DNA of 64,000 bases from Candidatus Eiseniibacteriota bacterium (GTDB taxonomy: Bacteria > Eisenbacteria > RBG-16-71-46 > CAIMUX01 > VGJL01), in NCBI GenBank assembly GCA_963792585.1, contig CAWBWI010000001.1, positions 1,504,001 to 1,568,000 of the forward strand, written 5' to 3'. The notes beneath the pieces were generated by a model. It searched no databases. It worked only from the letters and a program-made list of their open reading frames with translations, and was not told the DNA's origin. How positions within the stretch are numbered: the stretch's first letter is position 1; each line of letters opens with the position of its first letter. Positions 40,987 through 52,170 of this stretch are shown here, piece by piece. A program made the translations under genes and the position numbers.

Positions 40987-42348
40987 TCAGTCCATGTACT
41001 CCGTGAGACCGTACTCGCGGATCTTGCGATACAAACGCGTCCGCGAAATGCGCAGAAGGACGGCAGCGCGCGACTTGTTGCCGTCGCTCGCCCGCAGGGC
41101 GCGCTCGACCGCCTGGCGTTCCGCATCGGAGAGCGCCCGGGGGACCTCTCCATCTTCCGCCGCCATCGGTTCCTCGGCCCGGACCGCCTCGGGAAGGTCG
41201 TCGGTCGTGAGGGTCCCGTCGACCCCCATCGCAAAGATCGACTCGATCATGTTCTCCAGCTGCCGCACGTTCCCCGGCCACCTGTAGCGCTGCAGCAGCT
41301 CGAGGGCGCGGGGCTCGACGCCGGTGATCCGGTTCGGGAAGAGCCGGCCGAACTTCTCGATGAAGTGCTGCGTCAGGAACGGGATGTCGTCGGCACGGGC
41401 CCGCAGGGGTGGAATGTCGATGCGGATCACCGCGAGGCGGTAGTAGAGATCCTGCCGAAGGACCCCCTCGGCGACCGCCTCGTCGACATAGCGGTTCGTC
41501 GCGGCGATGAAGCGCACGTCGACTTTGAGTTCACCGACGTCGCCGACCGGCCGCACGGTTCGCTCCTGGATCACGCGCAGGAGCTTCGCTTGCGTCTCGC
41601 CCGGCATCTCCGCGATCTCGTCGAGGAAGAGTGTGCCGCCGTCCGAAGAGCGAACGAGACCCAGGGTCGTCGCGCTCGCCCCGGTGAAGGCGCCCCGCCT
41701 GTGGCCGAACAGCTCGCTCTCGATCAGCTCGCGCGGGATCGCGCTGCAGTTGACCGGCACGAACGGCTTGCCGGCCCGCGTCCCGCTGTAGTGGATCGCG
41801 CGGGCGACGACCTCTTTGCCGGTCCCGCTCTCGCCGAAGATCAGGACCGAGCTATCGTTGCGCGCCGCCGCCTGTATGAGCGAGAAGACGCGCTGCATCC
41901 CCGCCCCTCCCCCCACGAGCTTCGGAAAGGGCGAAGTCTCGGTCAACTCTCCCCGGAGGCGGGTGATCTCCCCCTTCATCCGGCGCGCTTCGAAGATCTG
42001 GTTGACGGCTTTGAGCAGCTCGTCCTTATCGAACGGCTTGGTGATGTAGTCGGTCGCGCCCACCTTCATCGCCTGGATCGCGTTCTGGATCGTCCCGTAG
42101 CCGGTCATCATGATGACGTCCGTCTGCGGGTGCTCCTTCTTGATCCGCTGGAGCAGCTCGGTGCCGTCCATCCGCGGCATGCGCAGATCGGTCAGTACCA
42201 GCGAATAGGACGGGTCGCGAGCAAGCGCATCGAGAGCCTGCTGGGCTCCATAGACCGCGTCCGAGTCGATTCCCGCCTTGCGGAAGATCCGGCGGCACGC
42301 CTCGGCCATGTCGACGTCGTCATCGACGATCAGGATCCGTTCGTCCAC
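40987..42348 (-). CDS. sigma54-dependent NtrC-family response regulator
   Basis: Receiver; GESGTGKE; ESELFGHRRGAFTGA; LFLDEI; WPGNVRQL; HTH. Confidence 0.95.
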   Translation of the reverse strand: MDERILIVDDDVDMAEACRRIFRKAGIDSDAVYGAQQALDALARDPSYSLVLTDLRMPRMDGTELLQRIKKEHPQTDVIMMTGYGTIQNAIQAMKVGATDYITKPFDKDELLKAVNQIFEARRMKGEITRLRGELTETSPFPKLVGGGAGMQRVFSLIQAAARNDSSVLIFGESGTGKEVVARAIHYSGTRAGKPFVPVNCSAIPRELIESELFGHRRGAFTGASATTLGLVRSSDGGTLFLDEIAEMPGETQAKLLRVIQERTVRPVGDVGELKVDVRFIAATNRYVDEAVAEGVLRQDLYYRLAVIRIDIPPLRARADDIPFLTQHFIEKFGRLFPNRITGVEPRALELLQRYRWPGNVRQLENMIESIFAMGVDGTLTTDDLPEAVRAEEPMAAEDGEVPRALSDAERQAVERALRASDGNKSRAAVLLRISRTRLYRKIREYGLTEYMD

Positions 42349-42400
42349 CCTGGCGCCGGCCCTCCCTTCACCCTCGGTACGCCCATCGGCCCATAGTAGC

Positions 42401-42441
42401 GCGCACCGCGCTCCCCGGCTAGCCGGGCGAACGCGGTGCGC
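42401..42441. terminator. Nested stem-loop after the vor operon
   Basis: GCGCACCGCG...CCCGGCTAGCCGGG...CGCGGTGCGC. Confidence 0.45.
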
Positions 42442-42465
42442 TGGACCGACGGCGTGCGCGTGGGT

Positions 42466-43886
<1,421 letters not shown>

Positions 43887-43894
<8 letters not shown>

Positions 43895-44950
43895 GGGCGC
43901 ACCTCCAGCTTCGCGGATCTGATCCACGAGCTCGCTCGGCGGTCGGGACATTCCCCCCCGTGCGGCCGTAGAGGCCGACCGGGCTTCTTCCCGTTCACGG
44001 CGAGGCGCACGTCGTCGACCATCTGCCCGTCGAGAGCTCGACGACGAGGAAGCTGCTGGACCTGGTCGGCCAGCTCGGCGAGCTTCACCTTCGGGAACGG
44101 CCAGAGCGTGATCGGCCGGAGCAGACCGACCTTGATGCCGCCATCCCGCGCCATGTCGACCGCGGTCTTCAGCACCGCGACGACGATGCCGTAGCCGACG
44201 ACGACGAACTCGGCGTCGTCGAGTCGGTACGTCTCGCAGGCGGACCTCGTCTGCTCGATCCCCTTGTACTTCGCCGTCGAGCTTGTTGACGTGCCCCTCG
44301 AGGTCGTCCGGCTCGAGGTAGATCGAGCTGATGAGGTTGTCCTTGCTCGTGCCGTCGGCGTCGCACCGCCCACGGCTTGGCAGGGAAGCTGGTCCGGGCC
44401 TGCGGGAAGTCGCACGGGCTCCATCATCTGTCCGATGAAGCCGTCGGCCAGGACGATAGACCGGGTTGCGGTACTTGTCGGCGAGGTCGAAGGCGAGGAC
44501 GGTCAGGTCGCACATCTCCTGCGCGGAGTTCGGCGCCAGGACGATGCACTGGTAGCTGCCGTGGCCGCCGCCCTTGACGATCTGGTTGTAGTCGCCCTGC
44601 TCCGGCGCGATGTTGCCGAGGCCCGGGCCGCCGCGCATGATGTCGACGATGACGCAGGGCAGCTCGGCGCCGGCCAGGTAGGAGATCCCTTCCTGCTTCA
44701 GGCTGATTCCGGGGCCGGAGGAGGCGGTCATGCAGCGTATCCCGGCCGAGGCGGCGCCGTAGACCATGTTGATCGCGGCGACCTCGCTCTCCGCCTGGAG
44801 AAACGTCCCGCCGACCCGCGGGAAGTAGAGGGCCGCGGCCTCGGCGATCTCGCTGGCCGGCGTGATCGGGTAGCCGTAGTAGGCGCGGCAACCCGCGAGG
44901 ATCGCCCCCTTGACGATCGCTTCGTTGCCCTTCAAGAGCATCTTGGCCAT
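43887..44950 (-). CDS. 2-oxoacid:ferredoxin oxidoreductase alpha-type subunit (VorB-like, frameshifted)
   Basis: [45 protein letters not shown]. Confidence 0.88.
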
Positions 44951-44961
44951 CGTGTGCCTCC

Positions 44962-45213
44962 TCAGTCCCCCGCAGCGAGTTTGTAGACCGCGATCGCGCC
45001 CGGTTCGGGGCACGCGTAGAAGCAGATTCCGCAGCCCGTGCAGCCCTCACCGAGGTACTCCGAGTAGTGGTAGCCCATCCGGTTCAGACCCACGGCGATC
45101 CTGAGGACCTTCTGCGGACACTCCTGCACGCAGTAGCTGCAGCCTTTGCACTCGTCCTCGCGGATCTCGATCCGCCCTCGGGGCTTCGCCCGTTCCTTCC
45201 TGACTTCGTTCAT
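44962..45213 (-). CDS. 2x[4Fe-4S] delta subunit of the oxidoreductase
   Basis: [12 protein letters not shown] and [14 protein letters not shown]. Confidence 0.92.
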   Translation of the reverse strand: MNEVRKERAKPRGRIEIREDECKGCSYCVQECPQKVLRIAVGLNRMGYHYSEYLGEGCTGCGICFYACPEPGAIAVYKLAAGD

Positions 45214-45270
45214 GTCCGCATTCCTCCGACCTGGAGATGATCCCCTATCTCCGGAGGCGGGTTGGGGTCC

Positions 45271-45936
45271 TTACCGGACCGCGCCCACCTTGCCCTTGAA
45301 CCAGGAAACCCACCGCTCGCGTCCTTCGCCGGTCGTGCACGACAGCTCCATGCGCTCGGCTGTCCGGTTCACCCGACCCACCGCCGCCCAGAACGCTCCC
45401 CGCTCGAAGGGAACGTAGGGAAGCAGATCGATCTTGTTCAACACGATCACGTCGGCCTTCTCGAACATGAATGGGTACTTCTCCGGCTTGTCCTCGCCCT
45501 CCGTCACACTGGCCAGAACGACCCTCGCCGACTCTCCCAGATCGAAGCTGCTCGGACAGACCAGGTTCCCGACGTTTTCGATGATGATAGCGTCGAGATC
45601 TTCGAGGGCGACTCCCTCGATCGCCGAGACGATCATTCGCGACTCGAGGTGGCAGGTGCCGTTGGTGACGATCTGGACCGCGCGCGCCCCGCTTGCCGCG
45701 ATCCGCTCGGCGTCGCGCGCCGTCTTGAGATCTCCCTCGATGACGAGACACCGCCCGCCGATGAGCGGGAGCGTCGTCTCGAGAAGGCTCGTCTTGCCCG
45801 ATCCGGGCGCCGAGAGCATGTTGACGACGAAGATCCCGGCAGTCTCGAAACGCGCGCGCAGTCCACGGGCGATCTCGTCGTTCTTGGCAACGACATTGCG
45901 CTGCAGATCGATTACCCGCACCTCGCGTGCGCTCAT
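45271..45936 (-). CDS. hypB: Hydrogenase nickel incorporation GTPase
   Basis: APGSGKT, GTCHL, ENVGNLVCP, EGEDKP.KYP, NKID. Confidence 0.96.
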   Translation of the reverse strand: MSAREVRVIDLQRNVVAKNDEIARGLRARFETAGIFVVNMLSAPGSGKTSLLETTLPLIGGRCLVIEGDLKTARDAERIAASGARAVQIVTNGTCHLESRMIVSAIEGVALEDLDAIIIENVGNLVCPSSFDLGESARVVLASVTEGEDKPEKYPFMFEKADVIVLNKIDLLPYVPFERGAFWAAVGRVNRTAERMELSCTTGEGRERWVSWFKGKVGAVR

Positions 45937-46304
45937 TCCGCCACCCCCGCCGGCTCCCAGACGATCCTCGCCACCGTCAGTTCACGCCCTTCCACGAACC
46001 GGAAGGGGGCCGGACCGCAACCGTCGCACTCCCCCCTGCCATCGTCGAGGAGGAACCCCCCACCACACTGATTGCACTCGGCGCGCGCAGGAACGACCTC
46101 GATCTCGAGTTCCGCCTCGCTGCAGGCCGTCTGCGCCCGAGCGACCTCCCAGGCAAAGGCGAGGGCCTCGGGCTCGACGCTGCTCAATTGCCCCACGCGG
46201 ACCTTCACCTTCTCGACCCGGCCGCGGGGCCCGTCGCCGCATCGCCCCGCGATCTCCTGCTCCACGATCTCCAGGATCGAGCAGGCTATTCCCAACTCGT
46301 GCAC
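45933..46304 (-). CDS. hypA: Hydrogenase nickel metallochaperone
   Basis: MHE start, CNQC / CDGC, GREL. Confidence 0.95.
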   Translation of the reverse strand: MHELGIACSILEIVEQEIAGRCGDGPRGRVEKVKVRVGQLSSVEPEALAFAWEVARAQTACSEAELEIEVVPARAECNQCGGGFLLDDGRGECDGCGPAPFRFVEGRELTVARIVWEPAGVAE

Positions 46305-46332
46305 GTCGCCCCCGGCCGGGTGCTCCTAGCGC

Positions 46333-46803
46333 TCAAACCCAGCCACCCTTCCCATCCGTCGCCGAAGCGCCCGGCCGGGGGCGTGGACGCGCACCGCGAT
46401 GAAGACTCTGTCGGACCACACCCGCCAAGTCGGTCACGCGGCCGCGGTCACCGTAGTAGAGGACCCCCGCCTGGCGCGCCTCGCGCTCCCAGTCATCGTG
46501 CGGGACGTCGACGGCGAAGACGATCATCAGGTCGGGACGGATCTGCCGCAGGAGGGACAGGATCTGGTTCGCGGGCTTGTCCTTGATCGCCCCATCGAGA
46601 ATGACCAGCCTGACCCTCGGATCCTCGATCACACCCAGGCACTCGCGAGCGCTGCCGGCCAGGACCAGTGCGGCGTCCAGCTCGGGCACCTGCTGCCGGA
46701 TGGCGACCCAGAACTTGGGGTCCTCGGAGGCGACAACGACCCGCTCCCGGACCGCGGATGTCCGCGCCTGGATGCGCACCTCGTATGGTCGACGAAATAG
46801 CAT
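46333..46803 (-). CDS. Atypical single-domain receiver-like protein
   Basis: VVVASED, LVILD, AR.AGV.YY but no KP motif; start uncertain. Confidence 0.65.
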   Translation of the reverse strand: MLFRRPYEVRIQARTSAVRERVVVASEDPKFWVAIRQQVPELDAALVLAGSARECLGVIEDPRVRLVILDGAIKDKPANQILSLLRQIRPDLMIVFAVDVPHDDWEREARQAGVLYYGDRGRVTDLAGVVRQSLHRGARPRPRPGASATDGKGGWV

Positions 46804-46824
46804 ATTGGTCTCAGCGTTGATCTC

Positions 46825-46840
46825 TGCAAGCAGGGTGCCA
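46825..46840 (-). promoter_or_regulatory. sigma54 promoter
   Basis: TGGCACCCTGCTTGCA, consensus match. Confidence 0.8.
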
Positions 46841-46943
46841 GAGGGGCCCCGTGCCGCGGCTCTATCCTCTTGTTTCCCAAGGGGTTCAAAATGGCAGACG
46901 ACCGGCTCGAGAGGTCGAGAGGGGATTCACGCCTCGACCCGCC

Positions 46944-46972
46944 TCGATTCGCTACAATCTGTAGCGAATCGA
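46944..46972. promoter_or_regulatory. Perfect palindrome with 13-bp arms (enhancer or hypF terminator)
   Basis: TCGATTCGCTACA-ATC-TGTAGCGAATCGA. Confidence 0.55.
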
Positions 46973-46995
46973 TCCATTCCAGCAGGGTTGAGACG

Positions 46996-49350
46996 TCACC
47001 CCTTCCGGCTCAGGGCCATCGCTGCCGCGGCAAGCTGGCCGTAGGAGATGCTGCCGTCGTTGGCCGGCAGATCGCGGGGCAAGAGGGGCGTGAGACGTCG
47101 TCCAATGAGTCCATCGACGACCATCGCAAGCAGCAACTGGTTCTGGAAGACGCCGCCCCCGAGGGCGACGTCGGAAATCGACTCAAACTCCGCCAGCCCG
47201 GCCGCTCCCTCGACGATCGCGGCCGCCATGGTGCGGTGGAAGCGATGTGCGAGTTCGTCCTCGTCCGCGCCCATCCGGCGCTCCCGCACCATCTCCGAGA
47301 AGGCTTCGCGAAGGGAGATCCGGAAACGGGTCGGCCACGCCGGCTCGCCGGCCGAAGGCGGCGCCGGTTCCACGGGCGCGTCGATTCTTTCGATCGGCCA
47401 CGGCGTGAGCCCCGTGGAATTCACCCGGGACGCGGCCATCTCCAGCTCCATCGGCGCCTGCCCTTCGTACAGGCTGCGCGCGCGTCGCAAGAGGATCGCC
47501 GCGGCCGCGTCGAAGTAGCGGCCCGCTCCGGACGTCCATGGGCAGTTCAGCCGTCGCTCGAGCATCCGCCGCACGAGGTCGGCCGTGCGCGCCGGCACCT
47601 GAGACGTGAGCCACGGCAGGTGGACGAGCGGGTCTTCGCCGGGATCGATGCCCTGCACGATCGTGTAGGCGGTGCGCCACGGTTCTCGGATCGCCGCCTC
47701 GCCCCCCGCGAGCAGGATCGGCTCGAGAGACCCCGCGCGCTCGAAGGCGCCGTCGCGGACCACGAAGTACTCGCCCCCCCAGAGCGTCCGGTCGTGCCCG
47801 AAGCCGGTGCCGTCGAACGCGATCCCGATCGCGGGCCCCGCGTGCCGGTGCTCGCTCAGCACCGCGGCGATGTGGGCCTCATGGTGTTGGACGCCGATCC
47901 TGCGGGAGACGGGCATCTCCTGGGCGAAGCGGGTCGAGAGATAGTCGGGATGGAGGTCGTGAACCACCACGTTCGGCTCGTGATCGAAGAGACGGCAGAA
48001 GTGGACGATCCCCTCGCCGAGCGATAGGTAGGTTTCGAGGTTCTCGAGGTCGCCGATGTGGGGACCGACGATCGCGTCCCCGTCGCGACCGAGCGCAAAG
48101 GTGTTCTTCAACATGCCGCCGACCGCCAGGAGCGGTTCCGGCGTCGAGGGGAAGAGCGACACCGTCCGCGGCACGAATCCTCGCGCGCGACGGATCATCT
48201 GAGGGCGCCCTCTGAAGACGCGCGTGACCGAATCGTCGCATCGCAAGTGGATCTCGCGATCGTGGGTCAGGAAGTAGTCGGCAATCTCCTGCAGCCGCTC
48301 GCGGGCCTCGAGATCCTGATAGGCGATCGGCTCGTCGCTCCGGTTGCCGCTGGTCATGACGAGAACCGGCGGACAGGCTTCATCTCCGGGCGCCGGGTGG
48401 AAGAGGAGATGGTGCAGCGGGGTGTAGGGAAGCATGAACCCGAGATATCCCTGCCGCGGGGCGATCCCTTCCGGAAGCAGGCAATCCTCTCGCTTTCGCA
48501 GCAGCACGATCGGCCGTTCCCGCGACGTGAGGAGCGCGCGCTCCTCGGCGTCGACCACGCAGTGCCTCTCGATCTCCGTGACATCGAGCGCCATGCAGGC
48601 GAACGGCTTCTCTTCGCGCACCTTTCGCTCCCGCAGCGTGCGTACGGCGATCTCGTTCCTCGCATCGCAGGCGAGATGGTAGCCGCCAAGTCCCTTGATC
48701 GCCGCGATGAACCCCTGGATGAGGAGGCGGCGGATTTCCGCGAGTGGATCGTGGCAGGGCATCGGCAGCCCGATCGCATCGATGAGCCGCAGTCGGGGGC
48801 CGCACTCGGGACATGCGTTCGGCTGGGCGTGGAAGCGCCGATCGGTCGGACTCTCGTACTCGCCGCGGCACTCGTCGCACATCTCGAACGCCTTCATCGT
48901 CGTTCGCAGCCGGTCATACGGGATGTCGAGGACGATCGTCAACCGCGGCCCGCAATGGGTGCAGTTGGTGAACGGGTAGCGATACCGCCGGTTTGCGGGA
49001 TCGAGGATGTCCGCCAGGCAATCGGGGCAGGTCGCGGCATCCGGGGAGATCGGGACGCGTCGTCTCCGGGCGCGCGGGCTCTCGCGGATCTCGAAACCGT
49101 CGTGCCCCGCGGCGGGCAGGCGCGTCACGCGGATCGAGTCGATGCGGGAGAGGGGCGGGGCTTCGTCGCGGATGGACTGTTCCAGGCCGGCGAGTGCGCG
49201 CGTATCTCCTTCGACCTCGAGGAGCACTCCTTCGTCATCGTTCAGCACGAATCCGTTGAGGCCCCGCCCGAGCGCGATCCGGTAGAGGAAGGGGCGGAAT
49301 CCAACCCCCTGCACGATTCCCTTGATCCGCAGGATCTCGCGTCGCCTCAT
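46996..49350 (-). CDS. hypF: Carbamoyltransferase HypF
   Basis: VQGVGFRP acylphosphatase domain, CxxC zinc fingers, RFHAQP, KGLGGYHL, HDLHPDY, QHHEAH, GGVFQN. Confidence 0.97.
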   Translation of the reverse strand: MRRREILRIKGIVQGVGFRPFLYRIALGRGLNGFVLNDDEGVLLEVEGDTRALAGLEQSIRDEAPPLSRIDSIRVTRLPAAGHDGFEIRESPRARRRRVPISPDAATCPDCLADILDPANRRYRYPFTNCTHCGPRLTIVLDIPYDRLRTTMKAFEMCDECRGEYESPTDRRFHAQPNACPECGPRLRLIDAIGLPMPCHDPLAEIRRLLIQGFIAAIKGLGGYHLACDARNEIAVRTLRERKVREEKPFACMALDVTEIERHCVVDAEERALLTSRERPIVLLRKREDCLLPEGIAPRQGYLGFMLPYTPLHHLLFHPAPGDEACPPVLVMTSGNRSDEPIAYQDLEARERLQEIADYFLTHDREIHLRCDDSVTRVFRGRPQMIRRARGFVPRTVSLFPSTPEPLLAVGGMLKNTFALGRDGDAIVGPHIGDLENLETYLSLGEGIVHFCRLFDHEPNVVVHDLHPDYLSTRFAQEMPVSRRIGVQHHEAHIAAVLSEHRHAGPAIGIAFDGTGFGHDRTLWGGEYFVVRDGAFERAGSLEPILLAGGEAAIREPWRTAYTIVQGIDPGEDPLVHLPWLTSQVPARTADLVRRMLERRLNCPWTSGAGRYFDAAAAILLRRARSLYEGQAPMELEMAASRVNSTGLTPWPIERIDAPVEPAPPSAGEPAWPTRFRISLREAFSEMVRERRMGADEDELAHRFHRTMAAAIVEGAAGLAEFESISDVALGGGVFQNQLLLAMVVDGLIGRRLTPLLPRDLPANDGSISYGQLAAAAMALSRKG

Positions 49351-49414
49351 CCGGCTCCGTCGCCTCCACTCGTCGGCCGATTTCCCCGATCGTCTCGCCC
49401 GGCGCCCGCCGCCG

Positions 49415-50005
49415 CTACCCTGCGGCGCCCTCCTCGGCCAGGAGCGCATGCACGCGCTCCAACGCCTGCGCCACGCCCTCGCGTGCCTGCGGAGAGAGAT
49501 CGGTAGACCAGCCTATCGAATGGGGTACGAAGCCGACAACGTCGATCTCGGGCAAAGGTAGATCGAGGACTTCGGCCAGGCGAAGCAGACCACCGAGGGA
49601 ACAACCGTGCAGGGACAGATCGGGATCGGGGTTCGTCAGCACCACCCTGTTCAGCCGGAACACCACCACACCACCTGGAACCAGATCCCTTGGGCCCGCG
49701 CCCTCGGTGATCGGCCCCCCCAACGCTGCCGAACCCCGATCCCGGTCCGTCTCCGCGATCCCGTCCGAGGGGCGGACGAGGTCGATCAGGATCACCCTCT
49801 CGAAGGAGGCCATTCGATCGAGGAGATCCACACCACCCGTGCCGCCGTCCTCGACGGTCACCCACTCGGGAAGGTCCTCGGCGGCGAGTGCGCGGACCGC
49901 GTGGATCCCGAACCCCTCGTCTCCGAGCAGGAGATTGCCGACGCCCAGCACGAGTGTCCGGCGCGGCCCCTTCCGATCGTCCGAGGCCCCGCCGGACGCC
50001 CTCAC
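49415..50005 (-). CDS. Hydrogenase maturation protease
   Basis: LGVGNLLLGDEGFG, DGGTG, SLH; follows the large subunit. Start uncertain. Confidence 0.9.
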   Translation of the reverse strand: MRASGGASDDRKGPRRTLVLGVGNLLLGDEGFGIHAVRALAAEDLPEWVTVEDGGTGGVDLLDRMASFERVILIDLVRPSDGIAETDRDRGSAALGGPITEGAGPRDLVPGGVVVFRLNRVVLTNPDPDLSLHGCSLGGLLRLAEVLDLPLPEIDVVGFVPHSIGWSTDLSPQAREGVAQALERVHALLAEEGAAG

Positions 50006-50009
50006 CTCA

Positions 50010-51296
50010 TCAGACGAAGCGCACCTCGAGGAAGTGCGTCGCGCAGGAAATGCACGGATCATACGCGCGGACGAGCATCTCGAGCTTGTGCTGGATCTCG
50101 GCCGGTTCGCCCCCCGCCATCTTGCCGACGAGGGCATACATGTCGGCTTCGATGTTGGCGAGGTTCTGACCGGTCGGGATGATGCAGTTGGCGTCCTCGA
50201 TCCGACCCTCCGCGTTGATCGTGTAGTCGTGGAAGAGGACACCCCGCGGGACCTCGGTCGCGCCGGCGCCCCGCCCGTGCTTCGTCGGCTCCTTCATCCG
50301 GTGGACGTAGCCCTTCAGCGAGAGAAGCTCGTCGGCGACGGCGAGCGCGTCTTCGTAGCAGTGCAGCGTCTCGATGAGCTGTGCGGTGTTGTTGTGGAAG
50401 GGATTCGTCACGGGAGGCTTCAGCCCGAGCGCATCCGCCACGCTCTTCGCCCACGGCCTCAAGGAAGCATGGTTGATGTTGTACCGGGCCAGGGCGCCCA
50501 CGGCGTAGGTCTCCGCCTCGGCCTTCACGTGCTTCGCGGCGGAGTGCGGCGCGACCCGTTCGTGGATCCGGTCGAGATAGTCCTGCACGGGGCTCACCTT
50601 CCCCATCGACGAAGCAATGTCCCCGTTGTAGAAGGCGTATTCCTTCTTGGAAGTCAGCGCGACGTACTCGGTCGGCCGATCCAGCTCCGGCATCTTGACG
50701 GTCTTGAAGAGCTCGACCGTGGCATCGAGATCCGGCTTGGCGGCCAGCAGGATGGCCTTGCAGCGGGCGATCTCCTGAGTCGACGGCCACCGGGCGAATC
50801 CTCCGGGCAGCACCCCGATCGGATGGACCTTGCGACCGACCAGGATCTCGCTCACCTCGTTGCCGACCTTCTTCAGGCGAAGCGCCATCTTCACGATTTC
50901 GGGATGGCTCGTCGCGAGGGGAACGACGCTCCCCACTCCGAATACGTCGGGCGCCACGAGGAAGTAGAGGTGCAGGATGTGGCTCTGGATCGTCTCGGCA
51001 TGCAGCAGGAACTTTCGCATGAGGACCGTTTCCTCGTCGGGAACGATCCCGAGGGCGTCCTCGGACGCCTGGACCGAGGCGAGCGTGTGGCCCATCGAAC
51101 AGATTCCGCAGATTCGCATCGTGATCGCCGCGGCCTCCTGCCACTGACGCCCCTCGAGCATCGCCTCGAAGAAACGGGGCGACTCGACGATCTCGAGACG
51201 CAGATCCTCGATCTTGCCGTCCTTGACGTTGACGACCACGTTCCCGTGGCCCTCGACGCGGGTGATGTGATGGACGTTGATCTCGTAACCCTTCAT
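50010..51296 (-). CDS. Group 3b [NiFe]-hydrogenase large (alpha) subunit
   Basis: RVEGHG, RICGIC (L1), EVPRG, AYDPCISCATH plus cleavable tail (L2). Confidence 0.95.
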   Translation of the reverse strand: MKGYEINVHHITRVEGHGNVVVNVKDGKIEDLRLEIVESPRFFEAMLEGRQWQEAAAITMRICGICSMGHTLASVQASEDALGIVPDEETVLMRKFLLHAETIQSHILHLYFLVAPDVFGVGSVVPLATSHPEIVKMALRLKKVGNEVSEILVGRKVHPIGVLPGGFARWPSTQEIARCKAILLAAKPDLDATVELFKTVKMPELDRPTEYVALTSKKEYAFYNGDIASSMGKVSPVQDYLDRIHERVAPHSAAKHVKAEAETYAVGALARYNINHASLRPWAKSVADALGLKPPVTNPFHNNTAQLIETLHCYEDALAVADELLSLKGYVHRMKEPTKHGRGAGATEVPRGVLFHDYTINAEGRIEDANCIIPTGQNLANIEADMYALVGKMAGGEPAEIQHKLEMLVRAYDPCISCATHFLEVRFV

Positions 51297-51315
51297 CGCC
51301 GCCTCCTAGCGCGCC

Positions 51316-52170
51316 TCAGGCATTCGGCATTTCGGGACCGGGGTCGGCTTGGTTCACCCGGATTCGTCCCCCAGCAGGCTTCCCGCCGTCGACCCCGATC
51401 CGGAACCGATTCGTCAAATTCACGAAGTAGGGACTCAGGTCGACCGGGGTCAAGGTGTTGTAGTGCGTCAGCCGATCCTCGACCTCGCGCTGCGACATCC
51501 CCTTCGATTTCATGATCTCGATCATCGAGGCCAGGTTGGGTTGCGTCAGGAAACCGCGGCACCCCTCACAAGCCTCCCCGAACGTCGGGCAGATCGCGCC
51601 GCAACCGGCCCGGACGATGGGGCCGACGCAACTGATCCCCCGTTCGTACAAGCATACGTTCGCGCGCTGCTTGCACTCGGTGCAGAGCGCGTGCTCCGAC
51701 GGCTTCGGAATCTGGCCGAGGAGGAGCGACTTCGTGACGCGCACGAACTCCTTCTTGTCGATCGGGCAGCCGTTCATTTCGTATTCGACCTTGACGACGT
51801 CGCGCACGCGTTTGGTCGCCTCGGTCGGAAAGTGTCGCGCGCCGTCCCCGTATACCTTGTGCCGCACCTTGGTCAGGTCGTGCTGGTTCTTCAGCCCGTT
51901 GACGCCACCGGTGCATGCGCACGCACCGATCGCGACCACGATCTTCGCCCGCTCCCGGATCGTCTTGATCTCCTCGACTTCCTCGGGCGTCGTGATCGAG
52001 CCTTCCACGAACGCGACGTCGTAGTCGTGACGGCGATCGTCGATCGCCTCGCGGAAGTTGACGAGTTCGATCGCAGAGAGCAGATCGAGCATTTCGTCCT
52101 CGAGGTTCAGGATCGTCAGCTGGCAACCTTCGCAGCTCGTAAAGCTGAAGACGCCCACTTTTGCTTTCAT
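51316..52170 (-). CDS. Group 3b hydrogenase small (delta) subunit
   Basis: CEGC, VEGS, GACA, GCP, C.GP..AGCGA.CP...C.GC. Confidence 0.93.
   Translation of the reverse strand: MKAKVGVFSFTSCEGCQLTILNLEDEMLDLLSAIELVNFREAIDDRRHDYDVAFVEGSITTPEEVEEIKTIRERAKIVVAIGACACTGGVNGLKNQHDLTKVRHKVYGDGARHFPTEATKRVRDVVKVEYEMNGCPIDKKEFVRVTKSLLLGQIPKPSEHALCTECKQRANVCLYERGISCVGPIVRAGCGAICPTFGEACEGCRGFLTQPNLASMIEIMKSKGMSQREVEDRLTHYNTLTPVDLSPYFVNLTNRFRIGVDGGKPAGGRIRVNQADPGPEMPNA

Noticed and set aside
38867..41287. 806-aa plus-strand ORF
   Set aside because: Overlaps the BNR gene out of frame and the kinase gene antisense; no recognisable motifs
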